A DNA stretch of 64,000 bases from Raillietiella orientalis (lineage: Eukaryota), in contig JAYWIR010000002.1 in the NCBI GenBank assembly GCA_036172245.1, forward strand, positions 5,642,001 through 5,706,000, given 5' to 3'. Both the position numbers and the translations under genes were made by a program. Positions within the stretch are counted from its first letter, which is position 1; each line of letters begins with the position of its first letter. This document shows positions 37,810-50,268 of the stretch, in pieces. Under the pieces are notes generated by a model that made no database searches, was not told the DNA's origin, and saw only the letters and a program-made list of their open reading frames with translations.

Positions 37810-39830
37810 CTGCCGTGACCGGTTGTCAATGCATCATCAGCTGCGTAAGCTATCGAAAGTGACTCGAAAGAGGAGCGCGATGAAGGAATGCCCTGCGGCA
37901 ACGGTTGGGAAGTTGACAAGGACAGGGTTTTGCTCGGAAAAGGGCAGTTGGTCCTACATCGGGTTGAACTCACGAGATGGAGAACAGCTCGATGAACGGA
38001 CCATGTGGTGAGTTGACAATTCCTCTTCTGTTTGGAACCTGACCAGACCGCTGTTGGTGCCGCCACTACGGTTCGGCTGTCCACATTCTTTGGGAGAACC
38101 AACAAACAAATGAGCATCTTCGAGGATCCGATCCTGTCGATCCAGGTCCAAGGCGCTTCAGCAAGAAGGTCGAAGTGGCAAGAATGAAACTCATTAAGGG
38201 TTGGCACCTCGGATGGTGCGTAGAGCGGTTGCAGCGACAGAGATGATGAAAAAGGAGCAAAAAAATGCAAACCTTCCGGAAGATGGCGCCACTACTGCTA
38301 AAAACCCGTGAGAACGTGGGAACAGGCCAGCAAAGCCTCACTCTTCGGGAGGGTTGGTTGCGCAGACAAAAAGGGTCAGAAAATTCAAGAAATGAATTTG
38401 ACCGTCGGAGGAATGCGTTCACTGCAGTCCTCCGACGTTGAGATGTTGAGCTCTTCGGGCAGTGTCTACCCTGAGGTTTGCTGTCAGTCCCCCTCTTCGC
38501 AGCCACTTACGGACTGCGCTTGCACGGCAGCTGCTAGAAGTTTGACCTCCCGGCCTGGATGGAGGACTTCTCGGTTCAGGAGTGCCACGCCGTGGATGCA
38601 GCGCAGCATCGCCTCTACCGAAGAAAGAAGCCTTTGCATAAGAAACGAACTAATTATCAGGACCAAAGGGTTGCCGGTTGAGCACAAGGGTGGCTGAGCT
38701 CGCTTGCCCTCCCTCACCTCGCCAGAAGAGCGCCACTTCGCCAGGAGGGCGGAACTGGCTTGATTCCTCTGTCCCTACACCGTCAACGGAAGCACTCTCT
38801 TTGGCAGCCCCGCTGCGAGGCCTCCTCCGAGGAATTCCCCAATGTGAAAGCAGCATCGTCATGTGGCGGTGTGGAGAGGAATGCCATGGAGGTGTCCCGA
38901 CAGACTTAACCCGGTTCTCCGGGCCGCTTATTTTCATAAAGAACAAAGCTACAAAAAGTGGCCCCCTGTGAATCAAAAAAAAAAGAAGCAAAAAGAAGTT
39001 CATCTGGAAGGGTGGGAGGAGGACCCTCCGACTCGCAAGGCAAAGAAGAAATTTCCTTGCAGCATTGAGGTTGTAGGGGGATGAACAAATGAATAACGGG
39101 AGAGTCGGGATTGCTGCCTCTCTTCTACATGTCCCTCACGACGCTGCTGATTTCCCTGCTGACTTCCGGTTTAATACGAGGCCACCTACATGCTTTCTTC
39201 AGGTAGGCCATCAGGCGATGCAGGCAGCCTCTCGCTGCCGCTCCAGTGAACAGCGAGCCGCGAGGACGCTGCGCACGAGGCACGACATCGCGATCACGGC
39301 GGAGCCCGCGAGAGCATCTCATGAAGAAGCGGGCACAGCAGTTCAGTCGGCGCATCTTCAGGGTGGAGCATCAGCCTAGGAGATTTTCCACTCCCGCAAT
39401 GGTGCAGGGGAACTCCCGCCTCGGCGGTGGGCAGGCAGCTGCCACTGCTGTCCATTGGAGAAAGCAGCACTGAGGCCTAAGGTGTGGCGGATATGCGAAC
39501 CCATCTGGTCGGTTCCTCGACGATTCCTTCAAGGGGCATCTTGCTGAACCGCTGGACCGGTGAGAGAACTCCAGGACAGGTGCTGGTCAACCGAGCTCAC
39601 GTGTCCACAGATTTCCCACGCCAGGCATGAAGGTTCACAGGGCGGCAGGAAATTAACTCGTTGGATTCCAGCAGGAGGCGAACTGCTTCAGCTGCCTATA
39701 AGTCACGCCGGGACATTTGTTCACGAAAACAATAAACAAACAACTGTCGTGATAGGGCATGGAGTCCCATCTCGGCCAATCTCACAACAGATCTGCCGGG
39801 TCGCCGGTGCGCAGACCTGCTGGTCTCACC
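37810..39830 (-). mobile_element. Degenerate LINE reverse transcriptase and 3' fragments
   Basis: SIAYAADDALT (YADD-like) near 37830-37860 in a frameshifted context. A GAAKESA zf-RVT-like segment at about 38790-38830 matches the 37250 and 40240 copies. Confidence 0.45.
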
Positions 39831-39849
39831 TCGGCAGCGGAAGGGGATG

Positions 39850-41790
39850 GGGAAAAAAAAAACAAAAAGAAAAAAAGAAATAAAAGCACTTTGGAAAGCC
39901 GGGAAGGGATCACAGTCCGCTGGAGAGAACCTGTATCCTTTCCAGGATGCAGGCGAGATCGGTCCAGACACATCCAACGTGGAGCTATCTGACCGCTGTT
40001 CGCAGAAAGCAAAGAGCGAAGTGGATGGCGTACCTATCGTTCCTCCCTCCGTTGGCGTCGCTCCACGATCCCGTGGAGGCAGCAAAGTGCAGCAAGGGCT
40101 ACGGCTGGCTGCAAGGCGTCCCGCACAAGAAGGAGTCTCACAATGCCCCTGGGGTTGCCGCCAGGGTTTCAGGAGTCGCGTGGAAGCATTTTCAGAGGGG
40201 CCGGAGAGCAACACAACCCACGAGCAGGTGCAAGAGGCACTCTCTTTAGCCGCACCTGCCGCAGTTCGGGTTCATCCCCCCTGCCCTTCGTATTCAATGA
40301 TGCCGGCGTGCGCATCACGGGAGGCCCCGGTGCAGCAGCATCAACGCCGACTCTTATCACTTCAAGAGGAGGGTGCAGGTATCCATCATTATGGGAGGTC
40401 ACTGCAGATCTTCCACCGGAAGTCCCAGTAGCTCGTGCCAGCTCAAGAATCCTCAAAGGGGGAACACTCGGGGTCACAGAGTCTGTTAGCTGTGGCCTCG
40501 ATAGCTGTAGCTATCCCTACCTAGAGGTAGGGATAGGAACCTTGTGGTAGCTCACGAAGGATCTTCCAGTTCCCTATTGAAATGCTTGATGATGACGATT
40601 AAGCCGCGAATTCATGTTAGGAGGCAGCCGATCTGAGCTGCTGACACTCGTGCAGCGTCGAAGGAACCAAACCTCCGAAGATTTCCTACGATTTCAAAGC
40701 TGCTGCGGATATGACTTGGGGAAAGGGGGGGGGTAAGAAGGGGGGACTTTCCAGCTATTACTGGAAGCGGGAAGACCCCTCGCCAAGTCCATCGAGCGTT
40801 CATCAAGGGTGTGTAGAATCTTGGTGGCATCAGCAGAAGCCATAGAACGAGCAGCTGGGTCGTTTGCATTCCGGGCCAAAACAACCTATCCGGAAAGCTT
40901 TCTGGATGAGCGCCTAGCCCCAGACAGCAGATCTCGGTCCAGCTGTGAGATTCACACAACCAGTCCGAGAGAAACTTTCCAAGGATGAGAATTCTGCTGG
41001 GGAGAGGCATATTCTGCGAACGCATGCAACGCCACCTCAGGAGGAAGCAGTGCTATGCACCAAGTCGAGAACAAGCAGATCCGCTGCGTAAGGACACGAT
41101 GTTTTTCGATACGCGCAGCAGCTCCAGGCGCACTGCGTGTTCGACAAACAAACATGCGACTGTGCGTGTGGACAAAGCTCAAAAGGAAACTGAAAGCAGC
41201 AACGGTGCAACTTGTTGACTGACGTCTGCATCAGACAGAGAGCGAGCTGAGTGCTGCCGAGTGGCAGAAGCGCCTCTCCTTAATGCCATTGTCCTCCTAT
41301 GATGGAATATTTCCGGTGACATGGACTCACAATTCCCTTCTTGAAGACAGTTTGTCTTCTTCATCTGCTTCGTTAATTCTCCCATCACCATCCGCCCCCT
41401 TCGTCAATTGATTTATTGAATGCCTCCTACCACTCGAGAGGTCTTCAAATTCGTAGCTAGCTTTTTCACGGCTTGAGCGCCGTCGCCAGCGTGCTGACAA
41501 CACGCCTCTGTCACGCTGCAATGCCTCTCTCGAGGACTGAAAAAAAAGATGATCACCACTGTCAGTACTTCCTTCATAATGTCCTTTCTGGGCCACCAGG
41601 ACACCTGATGAGCGCTTCACACGCTCCGTTCACTTCCTGGACCCAGCTGCCCAGGTTGGCATTGCTTGCAATTGGTAGGTTTAGGGGTATGAAGAGATAT
41701 ATCGCGTGAACCCACGGGAGTGTGAAACCCGATGTAGTTACTTTCTGCTTAGACTGTTGACTTCCGGACGACCTGCCCCGTGCTGCCGTG
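39850..41790 (-). mobile_element. Degenerate L1/Tx1-like LINE C-terminal part, same family as 36864-37800 but in opposite orientation
   Basis: The minus strand reads PNCGRCG*RECLLHLLVGCVAL at about 40200-40270, homologous to the plus-strand copy. It has stops and frameshifts, and the T-rich tail appears as an A-rich tract at 39853-39885. Confidence 0.6.
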
Positions 41791-42419
41791 CACATCTGTT
41801 CTGTCTAGTTCTCAGTTCAGTAATCTGGTGGATTTAGACGGGATCGTTTCCCCTGCAGACATCTACACGTGCAAAAGATACGTGCAAATTATCCGCGGAG
41901 ACGGAAAACGCTCCTCCTACTGAGCGCTCCTGCGTAAACACCGTGGACGTCCGTGATTCAAAGTTCGTGGACGGAACTTGGAAGAAAGCGGCTGCAGTGA
42001 ACGTGGGAAAGATCTCGACAGATGGAATGGATTTTCCTTTATCTGAATAGAAATCGAAGAAGTTTCGTGGGAAAAAGGGGAGTTGGCTCAAGCTTTGGCC
42101 AACTCTCCTTTTAAGGCATAGGCACGGGGCGGGTTGTTGGAATCAATAAGCCCTATTTTCGATTACAGCTTCTTTTTATTCAGTGCTGCATTCTTATGGT
42201 TCAGGGGTTCCAAAAGGGGGATTTGTCTGGGTCTTTGTTCCATCTTCATTCTTAAGATTTGTTGGTGGCTAGTTAATTGCTATTGAGTGTTATGCATAAG
42301 ATGCTCCTAACTGCCACCAGAAAGCAAAATCTAATGGACAAAATTAGAGTGGAATTTTTCATTGAATTTCGTTTTCACCCTTTTCCCAGTTCGGCTCATG
42401 GTGAGGTGGATTTATTCAA

Positions 42420-45380
42420 TAATCATGCACCCTACAGGCAGAACACACAGTCATTATTGTGACCGCTGGGTCACTTTCAGGACACTGTGGGCCGAGCGGT
42501 TAGGTCACTGCACCGTCCTGGCCGCGCCCTTGAGTATTCTCAGGCAGTGCAGGAGAGTCCAAGATGGCACTCTTTCGCACGCCCGGATGTTTGTCTCCCT
42601 TTTCAGGAGCCCTCGTAGAATGTCCCGGGCATTGCACATGTCTCCAAGCGTCAGTTTCGTTCTTCTGATGGGGATGCTCCTCAGGAAGAAGGCGACCATC
42701 ACCCGTACGGTGGGGTCGTAGCGGAGCACGCCGTCTTCTCCTTCGAACGGTCCACCTTTGGCGTGTCTTCCATTTCGATTGCCCGCCTCACCACTCTCCA
42801 GTCCTACACGAGGGTTCGGCAGGTGTAGATGTGCACGTCATCCTCCGTCGACCCGCACGCGGGACGCTGGTCGCCACCGGAGTTCTCGGTTCGGTGCTGA
42901 AGCCTCGTGCTGCCCAGAATGCCTCCGTGGTAGAATGTCCTGAATGTCCGGCAGCAAGGAGGATCTCCACAGGACCATCCCGATCGCCTGTGGATCGAGG
43001 GCGGCATTGTCTAGCCTGCACCTCATCCTTCGCATCACTTCTGTTGGTCTGGCCTCTTCCGAGATATTGATGTTACTCATCAGAGGATTTACCCTAGACC
43101 ACTGTGTACCTTGGTGTTGCCAAAGCTCGCGCGACCTGTGGGCTATCCTTCCATCCTTCCCTCCAATGCATTCTTGTACCGAAGATTAGGTATGCGTGGA
43201 TGACCACGCTTCTCGACAGTCGCTCGCATTCCTCCAACGTCGTTTTTCTGGTCTTCTGGATCCGAGTCCTCGTTTCCCAAAGGACGTTGATGAACAGCAG
43301 GATCACCTTGGAGAATTCCTTTCCCCAGAGCACCTTGCTCCTTGACACAATGTTCAGTTTTCAATTTCACAGTAGACGCTCGATTAGTGGCCGCGTCGGG
43401 TCCACTTGCCTCCAGTCGTCCGCAGTGAGCTCCATGGCAGACATGAGGCCGTCGGTTCCAGACCTGCGAAGGTGCGATGGAGCATGAACGGCCAATGGTC
43501 CCACGCATCCTGACGATGCGGACAGGATGTTCAAGGTCTTGCTGTACGTGGCACTCCTCCATAAGGAGTGCCACGTACAGCATGAATCTCCCCTGGAAGA
43601 CCCGCTTTCCCAGGATCTTCAGCAGCATGGCATGATCCAGAGAATTGAAGCCCTTCTCGATGTCGGTGAAGTCCAGCACTAGGTCGTTCCCTAGAATACG
43701 ATTGTATCTCAGGAGGGCTTGATGGCACACTTGACGTTATCCCACATGCGCCTGCCTGGGACGGAACATGTCCGACTTCAGCATCTTCCTCAGCCGGTTA
43801 GCCCAGATCTCCACCATTTATTTCACAACCGAATTTAGGACGGATATGGGCCTCCATTGGGTGACGTTGCAGAGATCCTCACCGCTCATGGGGAGCAGAC
43901 TCATCCAGCTACGGTGGAAAGAGGCGGCAGTCGTCCTTCTCGGCAGGTGCAGTCCAGCAGTTGACGGAACAGGTAGGCGGGCAGTGCCTCTGGTAGTGCG
44001 TGACTGACACGCTGTCGCCCGCTGCCACTCTTTGCGCAGTCTGTCCAAAGCCATCTTGATCTCTTCTGCGGTAAAGTCTTCGTCCACTTCATGTTGTTCA
44101 TGGGAGGTCAGGCATTTCTTCACGTTGCGAAGAATCCGTTCCTGCATTCAGGATCCAAAGTTGTTTTCTTTGAACAGTTAGCAGCAGTGTTGCCAGAAGG
44201 CATCCAGTGCTTACTCCGAGGTTCCGCAGCCCTTGTCCTGGTAACGGACGTGTAAGATGTCCGTCTTTAGGTTATTCTTTTTCTGCCGTCTACTGTCCTT
44301 CTTGACGCTCCTGTCGAAGAAGCACCTCTGGTATTCTTCCCAGTGCTCAGAATGGGTCATCGGGGTCCGCGATCCCGATGTCTAGTTCCCAGATCCCCTG
44401 GATTCTATTGCCGGGAGCTTCGGAATATATCACGTGGTCGATACGCGTCATGTTCTCCCCCGTGAACATGAAGGCGAGTTCATTCACCATGTGCCGGTAG
44501 GCGCTGTGCGCGCCCGTTTCGTCATGACGACTACCGTCCAGGCGGACGTTAAAGTCGCTCGTGATCACAGTGACGCCCTTCAGGATGACCTTGCTCTTGA
44601 CTAAATCCACGAGGGCATTCGCAAAGGCTTTCTTCTTAAGTAGTGGTCCGTACATGTTCTCCACAAACACATTGACGCTTCCAAACCACACCATCCTCTG
44701 GCCCAAAACGCGGTCTGTTCATCCGTGAAATACTTCCAGGATGATTGATGCGATAGTCTTCTTTACCAGGATGCCGATGCCCTTGCAGTTTCTCGTACCT
44801 GGTTGACTTGGCATTCACTTGCAGGTCGCGTTCGAGCTCTTCTCACAATTCGGGAGTCAGGAAGTAAGTTTCTTGTAGTCAAGAGACTGTTTCCTGCGGC
44901 AAGAGCCACTTCTTGTACCTTTTTTGGTCGCGTTCGTGCATCCGTTGATGTTCCAGGATGCGAACTTAATCTTGTGTAGCGACGTCATGTTTGGACGGTT
45001 GGTTCCTTCAATTGATCTTAATTTTCTTTTTCGGCAGTTGGGCCCTGATTTTCTAGAGACTCCCGTTCCTCCTTCTTTGGCCTTGAGATTTCTGGAATGC
45101 TGTTACTTCCTCTCCAGGAATGTCCTCTTCGGACGCGTAGCAGCGCGCCGCGCTCTATTCCTTTTCCGGAGTTGCGGAGGCTTAGGCTCTGTTCGGCGTT
45201 GTTTCCTTTTCTCTCCTTTCAAAGGCGCATAGCGACACAAACTTACAGGGGACGATCGTCATCTAAATAACCCTGAAAATTACCTCGGTCTCGAGAAAAG
45301 CAGTTTTCCTCACAAGGCTGCAGCAAAACCGACACCGACGGCGAAAGGAGCATATGCACGGACTTCGCTCGAGACAACTA
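42420..45380 (-). mobile_element. Degenerate L1/Tx1-clade LINE: APE endonuclease + RT + zinc finger
   Basis: Motifs in order on the minus strand: KFASWNING, LQET, ENMYGP, TSDFNV, TRIDHVIYS (endonuclease); WRPISVLNSVVK, DIEKGFNSLDH, GILQGDP (RT); PACGSTEDDVHIYTC (zf-RVT). Multiple frameshifts. Confidence 0.85.
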
Positions 45381-45609
45381 AGAAATAGTGCAACCTAGCT
45401 TCAGAGAGGCAGTGAAAAATGAAATATTCTTCAGACTAAAGAATAACGAGTCTATCAGATTCTCTGGCATTCCTCACGACGTATACCTAGCTAAATGGCC
45501 ACCACTCGAAAGCAAGCATAGGTAGATAGCAAATAATACACCTCGACAGCCACAGCAGAAGAGGATCAACACTCACAGTGGAACACGATGGACAACTTGC
45601 CCTTAGGCG

Positions 45610-46560
45610 CATTTAAAGAGTAAAACCTCTACCGCAACCAGCCTTAATAAACAAAATCGAGAAATACGAGAAAACAAAATCTAAATTCATCACCGAATCA
45701 ATATCATCGTACTTAAGAGTCGAGTACGGTGGCACCCGAACACTGTACGAAGATCCAGACTTCGCCAACACGTCCTTATCCCACGCTGTAGTGTTGATGT
45801 CATCAAGAAACCAGCCAAACAGTGACAAAGAATCCATCTTCAAGTTCCTGGTTGCGCGGACAAGGAGACGTTTCCAACGACCGACAACCAGCCAAAGACT
45901 GCTTACATCCACCACGCATTTTAGCAGTCTAACACCACGAAACCTAACACTCCGGATCTTCAAGTATTCATGAACTGCCAATCTTCCACAAACTGTAACA
46001 CACCGTCATGGACCATAGTGTGACCAGGAAGATCCTCATTCACAACATACTAAGCATCACAATTAGGGCATTTTTATTCAAAGAACCCAGTATCCAGAGA
46101 TCTCTTCGGATCTACCTTCAGAGCCGACTGACAACACCAGCCGAGTACAGTCGCAGAATGTAACTTTAATTCATTACTCATCACGAAGTGCCCAACCTAC
46201 GGATCCCCTCCTCACAGCAACCTCGCCTTGAAACTCCTCTCGTGCTCCGGGAAAGGGTCCAAAGCAATTGGCACATCACTCCCTCTCCAAAACATCATCC
46301 CCAAATGCTTTCGCACGCTCGCTTAAATACAGAAAAGCATGCAATTTCTCGGGTCTCCACCATCATTACTTGCTCATCGCAACAGTAACGGTTTAGCGTC
46401 ACCAAAGACACACCCATCTCAGAGAGGGCAAGCCTCACTTTTGGAAAACCAATCCGCTTCACATGGGCACATTTGCAGAACTCTCAGCCATGAGTCACAC
46501 GACAACATTCCCGAGTCTCCTCCGATGTCTCCCACAACATTCCATTCGCACAAGGTTTCA
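45610..46560 (-). mobile_element. Fragment of another decayed retroelement (LINE C-terminus-like)
   Basis: KCPNCDA..NEDLPGHTMVH zinc-motif remnant, strong strand compositional skew, and in-frame stops. Confidence 0.35.
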
Positions 46561-46699
46561 ATAAAAATGTTTCACCAGGTTCGGATGAACCGCAGAATTT
46601 TGAATTATAGGATTTTGAATTATTATTATTTTGAATTTTGAATTATAGCTAGCCACGTTGTCATATTGGAAGTCTGATGTCTCTCTCCTATGAGGTATC

Positions 46700-47650
46700 A
46701 CAGGTGGTGGTGATACCCCTTCATCATTATGCAACATCAAAGAAGAATGAAATGATCATGACTGCAGTTTAACGGATGAAATCCTGAATCATCCACCGTG
46801 GTCAACTCTCCAGTAGAGTTATAGACATGTTCGATTCCAGTCACATGTATCTCCAATAGAGGTCCACGGGACTACAACCGAAGATTAAACGTGACTGGTA
46901 ACTTCCACAGACACATTTAAATTGCTGCCATACCAAACACTACCTATGAGAGAAGGAGCAACTTTCCACTCATGGGAAGCTACTTCTGCACAGCAACTGC
47001 AAGTTTCCATCTCTGACAATCTTGAGAGAAGACGCTAGAATTTCTTTGCAGTAGGGCAGGAATTCCTAGAATGTATGTGGTGCTGCATCATTTTCACTAC
47101 AGAGGGTAACAGAACACCTGCACCAACGACCACTATGATGCTCTCGGATTATGCGACCAGGGAAACATTGCGCCATCACCTCAAAACTGCCAACGATCCA
47201 ATGAGATGACCATTTCCTTAATCGTCGTTGCTTACAAAAAATGGATTCATAAACGAATCATCATGAACTTTGCTCCAGCCTCTACATTCAACACGTCCGG
47301 TCTACAACTGGAGATCCGCATTCGATACAACCACGTCAGAATGCTCTCCGGAACTACTTCTCATGGCACACACTACTGCAAGGCCATCCCGTTCACGCTG
47401 AAGCCACGAGCTGAGTTGCAGCCCATAGATGCCCAGACACTTCTTCACTGCGGAGGAATGTCTTCAGCTCGCGGACGACCGTTTCCTACACGCAGCCGTA
47501 TTGAATACGGAGCTGCAGCAACTGCAAACGTGGCCCTTGCAAGAGAGAGGCAGGGTAAGGGACGAGACTTGGAATCATTGCATGGGGCGTTCTCGCTCCC
47601 TTGCCATGATGCACTCTTCCAAGAGAGTGGAAACGCATTTCAAAGTAGTT
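46700..47650 (+). mobile_element. Possible decayed Gypsy-type integrase remnant
   Basis: LCDQGNIAPSPQNCQRSNEMT and TTSECSPELLLMAH resemble the integrase core motifs (GI...PYHPQSNG, TTGxSPAELLxG). Frameshifted. Confidence 0.3.
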
Positions 47651-50268
47651 GGAGCGGCGTCCAGGAACCAGCCGATACTTGGACTGAATTATCCCTCAAG
47701 ATCACATTTATCGTTTTGTATGAAAACCATTAGGGTCGCGCATCATCTTCGAGGTCAGAATAAGGCACCTAAGCTTTCACAACACTCAAAGTGGTTAAGA
47801 AAATCTTGGAATTTCGCAGTTGCCCCTACTTTTGCGATCCTTTTAAAGTGGTCTTTGTTCTTTCGAAGGAATTCCCTGAGTGTTGCTTGTGCAGAATCAC
47901 AATTGATCATATGGCACGCTGTTATCGGTTGACTCCTGCTGATGTACCCTAATGTGTTGAGACTCAAGTACCAAGAGAGAGCTTACAAAATTCAGTATGA
48001 AGGGGACATGCAGTAACGACGCTCATCATGGTGAAAGACTTCTTTGGTTATTTTTACTAAGATTCACCGTTAAATCAGAAAAAAAAATGAGCTCTGGAAA
48101 AGTTCAATATTATTTAATAAGAGCTTGAGTGCTCTGCGAAAAGCATTTGAAAGTCACTCTGTAACAAAAGCTGCACGTAATTTGTATTGCATATAAGGTA
48201 GATTTTATTTGGGCTCACGTTGTTACTTTTAAGAATATGAACTTCTGAATTAGCATTTTCAAAAGCATGAATTTCGATGCCTCATTGGTCAGGTGCCTTG
48301 AAATCAGGTCCGTTTTCCTGTGAGCACGAAGCAGTTGTCACAGTACGAATTCCTTTGTGACAGCTTACAATGATTTCCCTCTACTTGATGAACATGCAGC
48401 CTGAAGCAGCTAATTTCGAAAAGTTGACACGACTCTCAAGTCTCACACCAATATGGAATTTGTTTTCCCCATCTGGATTTGTAAATTATTGGATTCAACG
48501 TGAAATTCGTTCATCTACTCCCTGGACCATAGTTCACCACTTCACCGGGGAACTTTACAAGATCGGTGCTTGCAACATCCGAATCGCGATAGTTTCATTT
48601 CATTGCTGTGCTGAGAAACAGAGCTTTAAAGAAATACTTGTCAATTAGTCTGATATCTCAATTATATATTGTGTGTTCCAGAAGTTTCGCTGGATTTAAG
48701 CCCCTTTTGCTCCGCAACGCAGCTGAAGAGAGTTCACAGAGAAATAACGAAAAGGAAAACTATAATCCGTGGTTCGGTGGATGGATTTTTTCTTATTCAC
48801 ATGAGTTTTAAAGTATTTTCCAAATGCTTGAAAACAGTTCCGTGAGGATGTCATTGCATGGGGTATTAAGTTCTGCAAAAGAAAAACCAACAGAATCGCA
48901 ACTGCTGCTTCCATGTGGACCTTAAGAAGGAACAGAAAATTCGTGCAGGCTTGCAGAAGCCAAAGTCCCTCAATGTATTCACTTTCATCCTCCTTCGGCC
49001 ATTTAGGCGTATCAGTAAAAAGAAAAATCTTAGAAACAAGTTAAAATGGAAATAATCATAAAGTGGATAGAATGGCTATCATGATTTTCGAGAACATGCC
49101 ATTTTTTTTTTGCTTCGTATGAAAACGTAAATAGTTATTAATACTATGTACATGAACTTAATGTTTATGATTGTTCGTGACAGAAAATACAGTTTGAGCA
49201 GCAAAAATTCCAAGGATTGAATTAATTGGATACTTGGATCATAAAGGAGTTGAAAAGAGAACACTGCAATTGGATCATTGAAAAGTTATTTCCATTTACA
49301 AAGATTTTTTCAAATTAAAAAGTCGCGTTGTAAATCTATAGTGTGCATTTTACCGAGAAGCAAGATATTTGCGTAATTTACAGAACACTGTTGGTACAGA
49401 GATTAATGTAGCTTGAATTCAACCGAATTGGACGGGCAGTGAAGCTGGATGTCCTTGATGCTACACATTACGCATGAGGCTTTTCATGCTAGAAACCGCC
49501 AAAATTCAAATCTAGCTAACCTAAGGAGGAACTCTCATAGCGATTCCTTTGTGAGTACTTGTATGGTTTTGTGTGTTGATTTGTTTCTGTAATGCAGCAA
49601 GCTGTGATTAAATTGTAATTTCAACCAGAATACTTTCTAAATGCTAGGTATTATTTGTAAATGTTGTAGACTTCCGGAATAAGTCGGGATAATGCTAGTG
49701 TCCGTTTGTAGATGGTAAATTGAGTTGTCCGTGTTTTCGATTTCTAGTTGTATTCTCGATATCTTAATGAAGTTGTAGATTATTTTCTAGTGAATTACAA
49801 TGATCAGTCGAAATATGAAACCCAGTTGTTCAATGTTTACATTCAGTTTTCTAAATAAAACGCATCTAGAATGAGAAGTGGGTGTTTTCTACATATCCAA
49901 ATGTATTCCTGAACTTACAGTACATTGCAGTTTTCATTTTTTGATAACTTTTGTGTGTTCCGTTACTGGCTCTTTATGAGGATGTTTTTGTTTATATAGG
50001 CCATTTCAGTTGAGCGTTCATCATTGTGGTTGTCATATTCATACGAACAAATATTTACTTGAGTGTAGCCTATACATTTAATAATGCTTAAACTTCATAA
50101 TCGAATTGAACATATGTCATAAAAACCATTAGCTGTTTAATTTATATTATCTATTTTTCCAAGTGAAGAATTATTTTGAAATTCAGGTTTTGGGAAGCAG
50201 AGTCATAAACCTGTATATGATTACAGTGACAAGCTAATGTGAAGTTTTATACCAAGTGATGTGAGACA

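Noticed and set aside
48380..49100. Minus-strand ORF 48696-48914 with a hydrophobic start, possibly a gene divergent from the kinesin
   Set aside because: I could not build a consistent exon chain or recognise a family.
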